Source: Candidatus Micrarchaeales archaeon
Lineage (GTDB): Archaea > Micrarchaeota > Micrarchaeia > Micrarchaeales > CABMGC01
NCBI GenBank assembly: GCA_049520335.1
Contig: JBEKPX010000001.1
Span: forward strand, 1-33,985
Length of the DNA stretch: 33,985 bases
Direction of reading: 5' to 3'
Shown: positions 32,512-33,985 of the stretch, in pieces
How the letters are laid out: each line of letters begins with the position of its first letter
Position numbering within the stretch: position 1 is the stretch's first letter
Translations under genes and position numbers: made by a program
Notes under the pieces: model-generated
Databases searched by the model: none
Told to the model about the DNA's origin: nothing
What the model saw: the letters and a program-made list of their open reading frames with translations, nothing else

Positions 32512-33985
32512 TCACTTGAATCTTATGGAGTCCAGGTTCATCGGCGCTCTTGACTCTATGCGGAACTTCATGCCTAGCGATCTCGCCAGGTCCTCGCATT
32601 TCTGTTCCTCCCCATGCATTGTATATATCTTCTTTGGCGAAGGCCTCAGACTCTGCGTGAAGTTCATCAGCTGTCTGCGGTCACTGTGGCCAGAGAATCC
32701 CTCTATGGTCCTGATCTGCATCCTCACATTGAGCGGGGAGAGCTTCCCGTCCTCCCCTGGAAGTGCTATCTCCTTGAAGCCGTTCTGTATCTTTCTTCCG
32801 AGAGAGTTCACGCTGTTGTAACCCACGAACACTATCGCATTCCTCTCATCTTCAGCCATGCTTTTGAAGTATTCCAGACTCATTCCTCCGTTAAGCATGC
32901 CGCTGCTTGCAAGGATTATTGAAGGCCCTCTCTCAAGTATCTCATTCTTCTCGCCCTTTGCGACCTCGAATATTTCGCTTTCGAAGGGGGAGTTGTTGCT
33001 AAGTATGCGGTGCTGTACGCCTGCTTTAAGGTATTCCGGATAAGCGGTGTGTATTGCGCTGGCCTCCAGAACCATGCCATCGAGGTATATAGGAACATCG
33101 AACTTGTACTTCGGATTGTTGGCGACATATGTCTCCATCACTAGCATCAGTTCCTGGCTTCTTCCTACTGCAAATACAGGAATCAGCACCTTGCCCTTGT
33201 TCTCTATAACGCTCTTTATCAGCTCCATCAGCTGCGTCTCTGAATCCTGCCTGTTTGGCGTAACGTCCCTGAAACCCCCGTAAGTGCTCTCTATGAATAG
33301 TGAGTCTATCCTAGGATATCTGGTGTCCGCCTGGTCAAGCAACCTTGTGAATCCGTACTTCATGTCCCCACTGTGTACCACGTTGTACAATCCTTCCCCT
33401 ATGTGAAGGTGCACTATTGAGCTGCCGAGTATGTGGCCTGCATTGTGGTAAGTGAGCTTTATCTCGTCAGTAACATTGGTCACTTCGCCATAGTCCCTGG
33501 TTATCATGTGCATTAGCATCTTCTTTATGTCCTTCTCCTCATAGAGAGGGGTACCTGCATTTCTCTGCACCAGTTTTACATAGTCGTAGAGCAGCAGAGC
33601 GCAGAGATCCCTTGTAGGTGAAGTGCAATAGACAGGCCCCTCGTATCCGTACTTGAACAAGTATGGCACGAAGCCTATGTGATCCATGTGCGCGTGTGTA
33701 AGTATCACCGCATCGAGATCGTTTATCGTTATGTTGGCATTATCAAGGTAAGGGAATACCTTGTTCTCGTCCCCGATTATTGCATCAAGCCCTCTTATCG
33801 CAGGCTCGGGGCTGATGCCGCAATCTATTATTATCTTTGAGTGATTCGTCTCTAGCAGCAGGCTGCTTCTTCCTACTTCCCTGAAGCCTCCTAAGGCTGT
33901 CGCCTTTATCCACTCGTTCTTCATTATCGGCTGGTTAATCTTCTTGCCTATGGATATCAGGAACTTCTTCCTGAAGTCGCTCTCC
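32512..33985 (-). CDS. aCPSF1-type beta-CASP metallo-beta-lactamase RNase; the ORF continues past the right window edge into the expected KH-domain region
   Basis: THAHMDHIG (HxHxDH), and beta-CASP motifs in ...IESTYGG..., ...SGMLNGG... and ...HGE.... The frame stays open upstream of Met 33924 (…ESDFRKKFLISIGKKINQPI-MKNEW…), so the gene is truncated by the window. Confidence 0.85.
   Translation of the reverse strand, partial: ESDFRKKFLISIGKKINQPIMKNEWIKATALGGFREVGRSSLLLETNHSKIIIDCGISPEPAIRGLDAIIGDENKVFPYLDNANITINDLDAVILTHAHMDHIGFVPYLFKYGYEGPVYCTSPTRDLCALLLYDYVKLVQRNAGTPLYEEKDIKKMLMHMITRDYGEVTNVTDEIKLTYHNAGHILGSSIVHLHIGEGLYNVVHSGDMKYGFTRLLDQADTRYPRIDSLFIESTYGGFRDVTPNRQDSETQLMELIKSVIENKGKVLIPVFAVGRSQELMLVMETYVANNPKYKFDVPIYLDGMVLEASAIHTAYPEYLKAGVQHRILSNNSPFESEIFEVAKGEKNEILERGPSIILASSGMLNGGMSLEYFKSMAEDERNAIVFVGYNSVNSLGRKIQNGFKEIALPGEDGKLSPLNVRMQIRTIEGFSGHSDRRQLMNFTQSLRPSPKKIYTMHGEEQKCEDLARSLGMKFRIESRAPMNLDSIRFK

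Overview
This is a compact archaeal chromosomal segment with almost no intergenic DNA. Several convergent genes abut stop-to-stop. Archaeal hallmarks are aEF-1beta with its Zn-ribbon partner, ribosomal protein eS26, aCPSF1, a PAC2/Pba proteasome chaperone with a C-terminal HbYX tail, A/T-rich TATA-like boxes about 26-35 nt upstream of start codons, and tRNA introns with bulge-helix-bulge (BHB) motifs. Housekeeping genes present are scpB-scpA, a P5C-type aldehyde dehydrogenase, IMP dehydrogenase, hexulose-6-phosphate synthase, a Rad50-like zinc-hook ATPase, FtsZ, PolX-PHP and glutamate dehydrogenase. There are three tRNAs, all on the minus strand: Thr-GGU, Leu-UAA and Arg-GCG. Thr and Leu each carry a short non-canonical intron at the same D-loop position (after G18-G19-U20).

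The main accessory region is 4836-13081. It starts with a radical-SAM enzyme plus a small fold-type-I PLP enzyme. Next is a 1,099-aa secreted modular protein made of two 8-Cys modules on Thr/Ser stalks, a six-blade Kelch-like propeller and tandem Ig-like modules. Two short tandem paralogues follow; each consists only of the giant protein's C-terminal ~127-aa module behind a conserved N-terminal strand. The locus ends with a TM-anchored beta-rich protein and a Gly-rich TM-anchored protein. I read this locus as a candidate uncharacterised surface fibre or adhesin system, but that is inference.

A second accessory patch (about 13783-15533) holds two AT-rich orphan genes and a 42-bp-phased, palindrome-containing repeat array downstream of tRNA-Leu. 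No CRISPR array, transposase or integrase was recognised. All functional calls rest on motif recognition by eye, with no database search.
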